Virus record (IMG/VR): IMGVR_UViG_3300044580_000067
Coordinates: 1 to 30,030 of that record
From: a virus
Lineage: Duplodnaviria > Caudoviricetes
Strand: one strand, 5' to 3'
Length of the DNA: 30,030 nt
The position numbers and the translations under genes were made by a program. Below are positions 7,876 through 17,018 of this stretch, in pieces. A model generated the notes under the pieces. The model searched no databases and had not been told where the DNA came from. It saw only the letters and a list, made by a program, of their open reading frames with translations. Position 1 is the first letter of the stretch. Each line of letters begins with the position of its first letter.

Positions 7876-9081
7876 ATGGATAGCATGATACTGACCAACG
7901 AAAAGCTCATCGAGCGCAGGGTGGCTAACGCCGAGAAGCGCGTGGCCCGCGTCGTACTCGGTAACGGGCGCGAGAACAAGCGGCGAACCGATCTCGAGTT
8001 TTCGCCCGGAACCGAGTTCACCACGAAAAGCCGGAACTGGGCGAACAGCGCGGCGCGCGATGAGCTGTACCGCAACATGAAGGTCTTGTCGGACAAGATC
8101 GTCGAGGCAGAGAAAAACGCCTCGCCGTCACCGGCAGACCTTATGAGGTACCTTGAGTACGTCCAGATCGACCTTGTGCGGCTTTCCGAGGACAACGCGG
8201 ACTACTCGGGGATGATTTACAACGTGTACAATCGCCCGGACGCGACCGATCCGACCAAGATTCGTGATCTCATCCCCTACGTTGGTAAGAAGGAAGTTAT
8301 CAGCGGCGAGAACGACAGCGTGCCGATGATCGAGGAGAACAACGCGCAGGGCGCGACGATCAATCTCGACTTTAAGGCGTTCGGCCACAAGTCCAGTATT
8401 CGGAACCTCGTGATGAACCCGAACGCCACGACCCAGCGAGTCCTTGAGGCCGCCGCGACCATCGACATCGACAGTCGCAACAACGACACCATCGGACACC
8501 TCGTCGGGCTGACCTATCCGGCCAAGCAGTCTGTCGCGTTCGACTCTGGCGGTTCGACCAGGGATGAGAAGCTCTACAACACGGTCGTTGCCGCGATCAA
8601 GAAGCTCGCCGCGCTCAAGCACCCGCTGACGGGCCAGCTCCTATCGGGGATCGGCGCGTTCTCTGGCGGCCTTCGTATCCTCGCACACCCCGCCGACGCG
8701 TGGGAACTGGAGCGCGTGATCCGTGGTCAGCTCGAAGGCAAGGGCGGGACGGCGGCGAATCGCTCGCGGCTCCCGATCGCTGACATCATCCCCTACGGTG
8801 GCGGCGTGATGAACGGCCTTACCTGGGCCGGGAAAACCCTGGCTCTCCCTGGCGTCACACTCGGGACGGCGTACCTGTATCTGCCGAATCGCCTCGCGGG
8901 GTTCATAATCGACAAGATCGGGCAGACGATGGAAACCGGGTCAGGCTCGGTTATCCAGCTCTCCACCGAGGAGCGCGCCTGGTACAACGTCAACGGACTC
9001 CATCACTCGTTCTTCACCGGAGGCGCGGAAACCAACACCGATTCCGGTGAAGGCTGTATCGTGAAGTTCGCCACCGCGTAA
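7876..9081 (+). CDS. Major capsid protein
   Basis: About 401 aa from ATG 7876 (RBS AAGGAG), strongly C/G-ending codons, canonical position, followed by a terminator. Confidence 0.8.
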   Translation: MDSMILTNEKLIERRVANAEKRVARVVLGNGRENKRRTDLEFSPGTEFTTKSRNWANSAARDELYRNMKVLSDKIVEAEKNASPSPADLMRYLEYVQIDLVRLSEDNADYSGMIYNVYNRPDATDPTKIRDLIPYVGKKEVISGENDSVPMIEENNAQGATINLDFKAFGHKSSIRNLVMNPNATTQRVLEAAATIDIDSRNNDTIGHLVGLTYPAKQSVAFDSGGSTRDEKLYNTVVAAIKKLAALKHPLTGQLLSGIGAFSGGLRILAHPADAWELERVIRGQLEGKGGTAANRSRLPIADIIPYGGGVMNGLTWAGKTLALPGVTLGTAYLYLPNRLAGFIIDKIGQTMETGSGSVIQLSTEERAWYNVNGLHHSFFTGGAETNTDSGEGCIVKFATA

Positions 9082-9109
9082 CAGCGGCAAAGCGAAAAGA
9101 AGATGCTAT

Positions 9110-9144
9110 GGGTGGGGTCTTGCAAACGCGGGGCCTCACCCTTT
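9110..9144 (+). terminator. Terminator-like hairpin after capsid gene
   Basis: GGGTGGGGTCTTGC-AAAC-GCGGGGCCTCACCC followed by a short TTT. Confidence 0.6.
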
Positions 9145-9162
9145 CCTGTAGAGAGGTAAAAC

Positions 9163-9654
9163 ATGGCAGAGGTATGGTCGAGTTTGAAATCTGTACGCAT
9201 GAAAATCCGCGACCCGCTCGGAGTCATTGACCTAGACCATGTTACGAACCAGGCCGCGCTTCCCGTAACCCCTAAAAGACAGACTGCGTATCGAGCTGAC
9301 GATACAGGGACGTATTGGCAGTTTGACGAAGGACTGCAGGCGTGGGGCGCGAAGGATATACGGGTCAGCGATGAAACGTTAAACGGAATTATTGACGCGA
9401 AGGGAGTTACCGGGGCTGTTGGCCCAGCGATAGACGAGATTATCGCCGGGCTTTACTCGGAGTTACCGCTTGTGCAGTCGTCGAGCGGATCAGAAAACTT
9501 TCAGTTTGTGAAACTATCGGAGGTGTTGGCTTTCTACGAACGCCTCAAGAAGATATATAAGGACGCTGTAGCAGAAGATGAGAATATGAATACCGGGAAG
9601 TTCGTATGCACTCCACAGCGTGTCGTAGGCGGTATTCGGGAAACCTTTTTTTAA
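9163..9654 (+). CDS. Head-tail connector/adaptor protein (putative)
   Basis: Synteny after the capsid gene; RBS GAGGT. Confidence 0.5.
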   Translation: MAEVWSSLKSVRMKIRDPLGVIDLDHVTNQAALPVTPKRQTAYRADDTGTYWQFDEGLQAWGAKDIRVSDETLNGIIDAKGVTGAVGPAIDEIIAGLYSELPLVQSSSGSENFQFVKLSEVLAFYERLKKIYKDAVAEDENMNTGKFVCTPQRVVGGIRETFF

Positions 9655-9713
9655 CGGAGGAACCCTGATGCGTCAACCGACACGAAGAGCCGTAGTTTTG
9701 TGTGGGAGGAGTG

Positions 9714-10364
9714 ATGATATTAGAGTCGTTACGAAAGGCGTATGAAGCGAAAATAGCAATCAATCCGACGGTCGTTGAGATACAGCGCCTCCCGCTCATC
9801 CCAAACGGATTCGGCGGATATGTACAGGACTTCTCCGGGTCGGTTACTGTTATACGGGAGCGAGTGCGAATATCGCATGAGCAAGGATCGGTTCCGGCTG
9901 GTTCGGCTTCTCCGGTAGGAATATCAACGTCATTCGGGCTTTATGCTCTCCTGCCGTGGAATAGCCAGGTAAAGCAAGGAGAGGAGATTCGCGCGGGCCT
10001 TCGCTCGTGGCGGGTTGGGGTAGTTGATAGTCTCATCGTGGAGGGGAAGGTGTATGGGAAACGTGCGCCGCTGACCGAGACCTCGCGCCCTGGAATCGAG
10101 CCGCCTACTGGATTCACCGCGACTGCGAACAGCTCGTCAACAATCGTGCTTTCATGGGCCGACTTTGTAGGAAACGCTTATAGCATCGAGCGAGAGAACG
10201 GCGAAGGCGAGTTTGAGGAAATCGCGTCGATAGCGCCCGGCGTATTCACGCATACCGATACCGGACTTACTGCGGGAACAGAATATAAATATCGTCTACG
10301 GGCCTATGATGGAACCACTTGGTCAAGGTATACTGATGTAGTAACTGCTACTACGCAGAGTTAG
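9714..10364 (+). CDS. Head-closure-like protein with C-terminal fibronectin type III domain
   Basis: N-terminal beta-rich neck-type domain (PNGFGGY...RVRIS). C-terminal FN3 signature PPTGFTATA..STIVLSW..YSIER..TGLTAGTEYKYRLRAY. Confidence 0.7.
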   Translation: MILESLRKAYEAKIAINPTVVEIQRLPLIPNGFGGYVQDFSGSVTVIRERVRISHEQGSVPAGSASPVGISTSFGLYALLPWNSQVKQGEEIRAGLRSWRVGVVDSLIVEGKVYGKRAPLTETSRPGIEPPTGFTATANSSSTIVLSWADFVGNAYSIERENGEGEFEEIASIAPGVFTHTDTGLTAGTEYKYRLRAYDGTTWSRYTDVVTATTQS

Positions 10365-10374
10365 GAGGAACGAA

Positions 10375-10566
10375 TTGAGTGGTATACCGAAAAGCGCGGC
10401 TGACGCGAAACCGAGCGATGGACAGAAAGCCAGGCTGAACGGGACGGCCGATGAGGTTCTAGTTCAGATCGGCGAGAAAGATTTTTTCGTGAGCGAAGAT
10501 GAGGCGCTTATGATTGCGTCGAAGATACTCATAACGCTCCAGGTGATTCATGCTAACCGGACTTGA
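10375..10566 (+). CDS. Small hypothetical protein
   Basis: RBS AGGAGG with TTG start; fills the gap between neck genes. Confidence 0.55.
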   Translation: MSGIPKSAADAKPSDGQKARLNGTADEVLVQIGEKDFFVSEDEALMIASKILITLQVIHANRT

Positions 10567-10918
10567 GACGGTAAAGAAGAACATCGCGGAGATATTTCGC
10601 CGGAAGCGAATCGCTACGCTTGCTTTGTGTCAGTATTACGCGGAGTTAGCGGTACAGACGTTCAGGATTAAGCAGGGATCGGTATACGGTACTGGCGGCT
10701 TTTGGGCGAACAGAACGTGGACAGCGTTTCAGTCAGTGTTCGGGAAGGCGTTCGAGGATGCAAACGCGAACGCGATGGGATTCTTCCTTTCTCACGCAGT
10801 TGAGTACGGAGTCGCGCTGGAGCTGGCGAACGATAGGAGGCACGCGGCATTATTGCCGACTGTGATTGACCTGCAAGACCAGTTCATGAAAGACCTTAGA
10901 AGGATATGGGAAAGATGA
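10550..10918 (+). CDS. HK97 gp10-like neck/tail completion protein
   Basis: W.NRT and SHAVEYGVALEL...LLPT motifs, plus synteny. Confidence 0.65.
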   Translation: MLTGLETVKKNIAEIFRRKRIATLALCQYYAELAVQTFRIKQGSVYGTGGFWANRTWTAFQSVFGKAFEDANANAMGFFLSHAVEYGVALELANDRRHAALLPTVIDLQDQFMKDLRRIWER

Positions 10919-11283
10919 TCGAACAGGTAGTGAAGAAGCTGAAAACAGGAGCTATAAAAACTGTCGTGCCGTTCGATTCTCTTTTCGGAAGCGACGGTAA
11001 TCCCGTATACCCGGCGGCTCCTTATATTGTCGTAAAAACAGAGAAGGGAGTAGGTGGCCGGAACTTTCGCATCATCGTGCATTATCCTATCGGGGCAAGA
11101 TTGCAACTTGAGAATGCAATGCGGGCGACTATGGCACTACTGAAAGGATTCGGGGCAACGTCAAGAAACGGAGCGTACAACCGGCTTGAGGGGCCGATTG
11201 ACTATACGGATGTCGATGTCGTCAACGACGACAAGACTATCAGCATGGAGGCATTGTATCTAATGCCTACCAAAACTTTCTAG
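10915..11283 (+). CDS. Tail terminator protein (putative)
   Basis: PAAPYIVV motif, about 122 aa, directly before the tail tube gene; ATGA overlap. Confidence 0.55.
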   Translation: MIEQVVKKLKTGAIKTVVPFDSLFGSDGNPVYPAAPYIVVKTEKGVGGRNFRIIVHYPIGARLQLENAMRATMALLKGFGATSRNGAYNRLEGPIDYTDVDVVNDDKTISMEALYLMPTKTF

Positions 11284-11292
11284 GAGTAGCAT

Positions 11293-12216
11293 ATGTCTCA
11301 AAGGGAAGTAAACGCGAGATACAATTTTGGCCTCTCGCGCACGAGGCTCCGGACGTTGAACGACGATCTTTCGCGCCCGGAGTATAACAACATCATCGGT
11401 GGCGTCGGCCCGTTCGACTTTTCAGGCGTAACCGCTATCGCGGCGGTGCCGATCAGTTTGAAGGTGAACAACTCGGCCGTGGTGAACGACACCATCGATC
11501 TTTCGGCGGCGCTCGTTCCCGCGGCCGTAACGGTGGATGAGTTCGTCACCGCCTTCAATGCCGTTGGGCTTACTGGGTGGACGGCCTCGAAAGACGCGAC
11601 CACGGGCCGGCTCAAGATCGTGAACTCCACGACCGGAGCCTATGTCCAGGTGTACGGCGAGGCCGCGAGGCTCGTCCGTATCGGCCAGGGCAAGGGCGTG
11701 AAGGCTATCAAGTCGGACACGATGCAGACCTTCACCGTTACGCCGACCGTGAAAGAGGACACCACGTTCACGATCACGGACGCAAACAACCTCGACACGG
11801 AACGAATCAAGGAGGGGTACAAGAAGGGGTTCACGGGGTCGCTTGTGGACACCGCCGAGGACTTCGAGATTCTCGAACTCGTCGAGAGCGGAACCCTTTC
11901 GGCCGACGGAAAAACCTACACCGACCCGACCAGCACGACCAAAAAGGTTGTGTTCGAGATTGAAACGTACAACCCGTTGTACGCGGCAGGAACGAACATG
12001 GAAGATCAGATCGTCGGGTGGGAACACAAGATACTTCGGATGTGCAAGGGATCGATCGGCGAGCAGACCAAGGAAGCTGGGTTTGGTACCAGGACGTTCA
12101 ATATCGTTGGTACCAACTATCGACCGAACGTAACCGGGGCCGTCGAGTCGGGATCGATCATCACCGAACACCTCGACTTCGAGGACTGGTCTACCGAAAT
12201 CTTCGACGCCATCTAA
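11293..12216 (+). CDS. Major tail tube protein
   Basis: RBS AGGAG, Thr/Gly-rich, codon bias like the capsid gene, located before chaperone and tape measure. Confidence 0.7.
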   Translation: MSQREVNARYNFGLSRTRLRTLNDDLSRPEYNNIIGGVGPFDFSGVTAIAAVPISLKVNNSAVVNDTIDLSAALVPAAVTVDEFVTAFNAVGLTGWTASKDATTGRLKIVNSTTGAYVQVYGEAARLVRIGQGKGVKAIKSDTMQTFTVTPTVKEDTTFTITDANNLDTERIKEGYKKGFTGSLVDTAEDFEILELVESGTLSADGKTYTDPTSTTKKVVFEIETYNPLYAAGTNMEDQIVGWEHKILRMCKGSIGEQTKEAGFGTRTFNIVGTNYRPNVTGAVESGSIITEHLDFEDWSTEIFDAI

Positions 12217-12232
12217 TTGAAGGGGAACGAGA

Positions 12233-12889
12233 ATGAACGAGAAACAGACTTTGAAGAAACTAGCGGAGAGAAACACGTCGCTCATTTTCGTTCCCTGGAA
12301 TGGCGAGAACATTCCCGTCCGAGTAAGAGAGCTGACCGATTTGCAAATACAGGCAATCGGTCAGTTCTCGCTTATTGAAACAAACGCCGCTCCTAAGTCT
12401 ACGGCGTGGGGTAGCATCGCCTCGCTCGCCGTTATGCAGAACGAAATAACAAGAGCCGCGCTTGTTTCGCCAACTTACGATGAGATATTCAAGATCGTCG
12501 GTGAGAATGATCTTACCGACAGGATGAGAGCAAAGTACATCGAAGTTCAAAAAGATTTGTTGAAGATGCCGAAAGGCCCAGAGCGGAGTGCGCTTGAGAA
12601 TCGCGCGGAAGCATTGCGCCTTCTGTTTGAAGCTGTACTACCGAATGACTTCCTGGCGGCTGTAACCGCGTGGGTTACAGGCGTAGAGAGAACAGACATT
12701 AAGTTGGTAACGAAAGACATTCTGTTGAATGCCGCAATCCTGCAAAGGAAGTACGGTGGCCGCGCATCCGATTACTGTACCGGAAATCTTTCGGACTTTA
12801 ATAAGCGAGATATTGATACTCAAGCTCTCATTGTGTTTGCAGAGTTTGAGAAGCAGATAGTAGCGAAGCAGAAGAAAGGTACAAAATGA
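12233..12889 (+). CDS. Tail assembly chaperone (putative)
   Basis: Between tail tube and tape measure; VRVRELT N-terminal motif. Confidence 0.55.
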   Translation: MNEKQTLKKLAERNTSLIFVPWNGENIPVRVRELTDLQIQAIGQFSLIETNAAPKSTAWGSIASLAVMQNEITRAALVSPTYDEIFKIVGENDLTDRMRAKYIEVQKDLLKMPKGPERSALENRAEALRLLFEAVLPNDFLAAVTAWVTGVERTDIKLVTKDILLNAAILQRKYGGRASDYCTGNLSDFNKRDIDTQALIVFAEFEKQIVAKQKKGTK

Positions 12890-15297
12890 GCGGAATAGAC
12901 GCCGGAACAGTATACGCCGCTGTACGACTCAAGATGAACGAGCTTGATAACGACGTTCGTAACGCCGCTGCGAAGTTCGAAAAGCTCGATGTGTCAGCTA
13001 AGAAGATGGCCGACGGGTTCAATAAAGTCGGAAAGACGATGAGCATAGGCGTAACCGCGCCGATCGTTGCCGCTTCTGCGGCCATGATTAAGTTCTCGAG
13101 CGACGAGGGAGAGGCGCTTAACGCGACGAATGTTGTATTCAAGGAGTCGTCGAAGGTAATAACAGATTGGGGAGACAACGCCGCAAAACAGGCGGGGCTT
13201 TCTCGGGCAGAGTTCTATCAATCGTCAGCTGTTATGGGTTCTATGTTAAAAGGAATGAATCTTTCACTAGAGGATTCAGCATCTGCTACAATAGAATTGA
13301 CAAAACGATCAGCCGACCTCGCTTCTATATTCAACACTGACGTAAAGGACGCTACAGGAGCGGTGGCCGCGTTCATCCGTGGCGAAGCTGAACCAATTCG
13401 CAGATACGGAGTTTCTATAAACGAAGCAGGAATAAAGGCTAAGGCTATGGCGATGGGCCTTTATTCTGGAACAGGTGAGCTATCAAACTATGCGAAAGCA
13501 CAGGCGCGTATAGCTGTTATTATGGAGCAAACCGCAGATATAGCAGGCGACTTTGTGAATACGTCAGATCAGCTCGCGAACTCAACCCGCGTTCTCCAGG
13601 CAGAAGTGAAGAATCAAGCGGCCGCGATGGGTAAAGACCTACTCCCCATCGTTCTCGACGTTGTAAAGGGCTTGCGGTCGATAACTGAAAAGATCGGAGA
13701 GCTAGACCCGGAACAGCGAAAGCTCATATTGACGCTGGCGGCCCTTGCCGCTGGGTTCGGCCCTGTTGCTATGGGAATAGGAAATACCATAAAGGCCGTG
13801 AATCAGCTCGGAACGGCGATGACGTTCCTTTCGGCAAACCCGATAGCGTTGACCGTTGCCGCGCTTGGGGCTGTGTATCTAGGACTCAAGGCAATCGGTG
13901 CCGAAAATAATAAGCGAATGCTCGAAGAAGTAAGCGAGCAGTTCGGCGACATGGCGAACGAGGCGAATCTATCCGCGCAGAAGATCAGCGACGTGCAAGA
14001 GGCAATCGCGAGGTCGTCGCGCGGGAATGCCTCGTTCGCAGACCTTCAGGCGCAAACCCAACAGATAGCGCAAGACCTGGGAATATCGGTAGAACAGGTT
14101 GCGCGTATCGGTTTGAAATCGGAAAAGGTTACAGCCGAAACAAAGTCGCAGTTGACCGCGCTCATGGAATTGAATAAGCAGGAGCGCATACGCCTCTCGT
14201 ACATACCTGGGACGGTCGAGTATCAAGAGCGAATGAGAAAGGCGGCCGAGGCAGTTGCCGACGCAACGAAGGCTACCAACGACGAGTCGGCAAAAACGGA
14301 CAAACAGGCCGAGGCGCGACTCAAGGCGTTTGAAGAATACGAGAAAGCCGTAAAGGAGGCTAACGATCGCGAGGCTCGCGGGTTGCTGTCGAAGGCAGAG
14401 GCAGAGGACGCAATAAACGCGGCACGCGAGAGAGAGTTACAAACGCTGTATGACATCGGCTACCTAGACGAAAGCGCGTCAACCAAGGGGCGACAGCGCA
14501 TGGATGAGCTAACTGAAAGCATCGTTGCCCATAACGAGGAGCGAGAGAGGCAAGCCGAACTGATGAGTCAGTATCAGCAGAAGATCGAAGACGTGGGAGA
14601 GCTAGAGGACGAGCGGCGCGAGATTCAGGCCGAGAGGTTAATCGAGGACATAGAGAACTCGGAGCTTGAGCTTGAGCAGAAAGACGAGTTAATAGCCAGA
14701 CTTGAGGCGATACGCGACACGACGAAAGAGATGGGAAAGATGGCGCAAATATGGAATGGCGCTATCAGTGAGGGTATCAAGAGCGGACTTTCTGGATTCC
14801 AGTCTCTAGGTGAAGCGATTGCCGACTCGTCGTTGAGTTGGGGCGTGTTCGCCAAGCTCGGACTCCAGGCGATAGGCTCGATGCTCGTCGCGCTCGGTTC
14901 AGAACTCGCGGTACAGGCCGCGAAAAACTGGGCCGCTTATATCGAGTCGCGCGGATCAGATGTCGCGGCGGCGGCGGCGGCCGTGAAATATACGGCGGCG
15001 TCCGCTCTTTCTTATTCCGGCGCTGGAATCGTAAATGGCATGGCAGAGAACTTTGCATCAGGCGGTATTGTAGAGCCGAGAGGATCAGGAACAGGTACGC
15101 TCGTAAACGTTGCGGAGAACGATGAAGGTGAGGTATTATTCAACACGAGCGAGACTGGCATGAAGTGGACAGACCAGGCCGCAGAAGCGATCGCGAAAAG
15201 GCTTGTGATACATAACCATCTCATCGTCGATGGCCGCGAGTTGTCGGAATGGGTTGTTCCAGCTGTAAACAAAGGGCTTGTGCGAATCAAGCGATAG
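12886..15297 (+). CDS. Tail tape measure protein
   Basis: 803 aa, Ala-rich helical. Contains VGKTMSIGVTAPIVA, GEAEPIRRYGV, hydrophobic stretches and FASGGIV. Confidence 0.92.
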   Translation: MSGIDAGTVYAAVRLKMNELDNDVRNAAAKFEKLDVSAKKMADGFNKVGKTMSIGVTAPIVAASAAMIKFSSDEGEALNATNVVFKESSKVITDWGDNAAKQAGLSRAEFYQSSAVMGSMLKGMNLSLEDSASATIELTKRSADLASIFNTDVKDATGAVAAFIRGEAEPIRRYGVSINEAGIKAKAMAMGLYSGTGELSNYAKAQARIAVIMEQTADIAGDFVNTSDQLANSTRVLQAEVKNQAAAMGKDLLPIVLDVVKGLRSITEKIGELDPEQRKLILTLAALAAGFGPVAMGIGNTIKAVNQLGTAMTFLSANPIALTVAALGAVYLGLKAIGAENNKRMLEEVSEQFGDMANEANLSAQKISDVQEAIARSSRGNASFADLQAQTQQIAQDLGISVEQVARIGLKSEKVTAETKSQLTALMELNKQERIRLSYIPGTVEYQERMRKAAEAVADATKATNDESAKTDKQAEARLKAFEEYEKAVKEANDREARGLLSKAEAEDAINAARERELQTLYDIGYLDESASTKGRQRMDELTESIVAHNEERERQAELMSQYQQKIEDVGELEDERREIQAERLIEDIENSELELEQKDELIARLEAIRDTTKEMGKMAQIWNGAISEGIKSGLSGFQSLGEAIADSSLSWGVFAKLGLQAIGSMLVALGSELAVQAAKNWAAYIESRGSDVAAAAAAVKYTAASALSYSGAGIVNGMAENFASGGIVEPRGSGTGTLVNVAENDEGEVLFNTSETGMKWTDQAAEAIAKRLVIHNHLIVDGRELSEWVVPAVNKGLVRIKR

Positions 15298-15309
15298 GAG
15301 CGAAATAAA

Positions 15310-16014
15310 ATGAGAGCGCTGTTTGATAATAAAGTCCTAGACGCTACGCTTTCCTCGCTCTATGGTAACGTAGACTTTCCGGCATCAAATATCAAAAGCC
15401 CGTTCCTAAATATGAAGTTCAAGAGCATGGGAATAAACGATACCGTAAGGGCGTTGTTTCCGGCGAACATAACAGCAGATTGTTTTTTCTACGGGTATAC
15501 GAATGCAGAATCAATGACAGTTCGTATTTATTCGCACGAAAGCGTGTTGCTCGATACTATAGCTGTGGATTGCACCTATCAAACCGGATCGGCGTTTTTC
15601 ACGAAGCGGAGCGGGATTCGGTGGATCGATGTCGAGGCGACTAGCCCGGCAACGGAGGATTTGTACATAGGCGGGTTTGCCTTTGGAGAGAGCGTCCTAT
15701 TTCCCGATCCAATAGCGACGTTCGAGAAGGACGTGAACGACAAATCCAATTTGGACTCAAATGACGCGGGACAGGTTTCGTATCAGTATATACGCCCGCT
15801 TCTGCAATACCAGCTCAATTTTAAGTACACGGAAATAGATCAGTGGGAGGATATATTTAATAGGTATCTTGAGATTGGAGGCGGCTTGAAGTGGATAGAT
15901 ATAACTGAAAACAACCACGAGAGGTACAGGCCAATTTATTGCACGACTGAAATGAATAAGCCGACACGCGATAGGACGATTGACTTCTCGATGGATATAA
16001 AGGAGGCGCGATAA
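15310..16014 (+). CDS. Minor tail / distal tail protein (putative)
   Basis: Immediately after tape measure; RBS AGGAG. Confidence 0.5.
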   Translation: MRALFDNKVLDATLSSLYGNVDFPASNIKSPFLNMKFKSMGINDTVRALFPANITADCFFYGYTNAESMTVRIYSHESVLLDTIAVDCTYQTGSAFFTKRSGIRWIDVEATSPATEDLYIGGFAFGESVLFPDPIATFEKDVNDKSNLDSNDAGQVSYQYIRPLLQYQLNFKYTEIDQWEDIFNRYLEIGGGLKWIDITENNHERYRPIYCTTEMNKPTRDRTIDFSMDIKEAR

Positions 16015-17015
16015 TGATAGTGCGAATAGATGGCCCGGCAGATTCTGTAACAGATACTTCCGATTGGCAGAAAATGAATAACGTGCTTGAAATCATAGCG
16101 ATGAGTACGCCATGCGGTTCGCGCGTCATGTCTGGTAACGTAACGAAGGGCGCGGTGATACGTTGTGGCGGCTCTTGGTATCTCGCGACAGAGGATACCG
16201 CAATAACTGGAACAGCCTCGCCATATGTTCAGCTCACACCGAACGTTGACGGAAGCGAGTTGAATGCCGCCTATGTGGAGACTTTGACTGGCGTTTCGTT
16301 CAATAAGATTTATAACACCTGGTCTGACGTTCAGGGCCGCGTGTATCTTTTCGACGAGGCATACGCCTATGCGTGGGGTCAGATTCCCGCGATGAACACG
16401 ATTGAAGCGTGGCGTCCGGCAAACACGAACCTTGCTAAGTTGCTCACGGCCGGAATAGGAAACGGGAAATGGCGAAGCCTCGCCGAGACCGCATACATAT
16501 CGGAGTACTTCGCATCGGGAATACCAGTCGTCAAGGCAGTAACGGGAACAGAAGATAAACCGGAATTGAACAAATACAGCGCGCAAGTAACGCAGGGAAC
16601 CAGGTTAATCGGTGGCGGCGATGAAGGCAGTCTCTATACGGTCGAGTTCACTTCATCCCAGCCTGTCGTGTTTTCCGGATTCGACATTCTGTACGAGAAC
16701 GATGCGCCAGCTGGCGGTGGCGGCGGGTGTAGAGTGAGAGTCTACAAGTACGGCAACCCAACGCCGATAGCGGACGTTGAAGACTCGGGTAGTCTTGTTA
16801 TTCCCGTTGACGCCGACGACGTTTCGCTTGGTACGACGCCGGTAGGGTTTGTATTGAAGTACAAGGAGTACGGGGCAAGTGATTGGCGCGGCCCGTGGCG
16901 CGTGAGGATCAGATACCGAGTTGCGCCAGCTACCATTCTTGAGGGAGAGATAACCCCGATGGAACTCGCTTGCGGGGACGTGATAACCGTAAATACGCAA
17001 GCAGTGGTGGGGTGA
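16014..17015 (+). CDS. Minor tail protein (putative)
   Basis: TAATG coupling within the tail module; beta-rich C-terminal domain. Confidence 0.45.
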   Translation: MIVRIDGPADSVTDTSDWQKMNNVLEIIAMSTPCGSRVMSGNVTKGAVIRCGGSWYLATEDTAITGTASPYVQLTPNVDGSELNAAYVETLTGVSFNKIYNTWSDVQGRVYLFDEAYAYAWGQIPAMNTIEAWRPANTNLAKLLTAGIGNGKWRSLAETAYISEYFASGIPVVKAVTGTEDKPELNKYSAQVTQGTRLIGGGDEGSLYTVEFTSSQPVVFSGFDILYENDAPAGGGGGCRVRVYKYGNPTPIADVEDSGSLVIPVDADDVSLGTTPVGFVLKYKEYGASDWRGPWRVRIRYRVAPATILEGEITPMELACGDVITVNTQAVVG

Positions 17016-17018
17016 TGA

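Noticed and set aside
7146-8195. Long minus-strand ORFs (also 11422-12312 and others)
   Set aside because: They are antisense shadows of codon-biased structural genes, with no RBS or motifs. All credible genes are on the + strand.
9655-9695. Hammerhead-like sequence CTGATGCGTCAACCGACACGAAG
   Set aside because: The core deviates (CUGAUGC, GAAG), and there is no proper stem I or NUH cleavage triplet.
9640-9713. T7 run before the stop (TTTTTTTAA) as a programmed frameshift fusing neck genes
   Set aside because: The -1 frame stops at TGA 9666-9668, and the +1 frame is not the frame of the next gene and ends soon.
12233-12889. G/GT-type tail chaperone frameshift
   Set aside because: A single ORF fills the whole gap up to the tape measure start. 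I found no second overlapping frame or convincing slippery heptamer.
14965-14982. GCG trinucleotide run
   Set aside because: It encodes a poly-Ala stretch in the tape measure protein, in frame and unremarkable.
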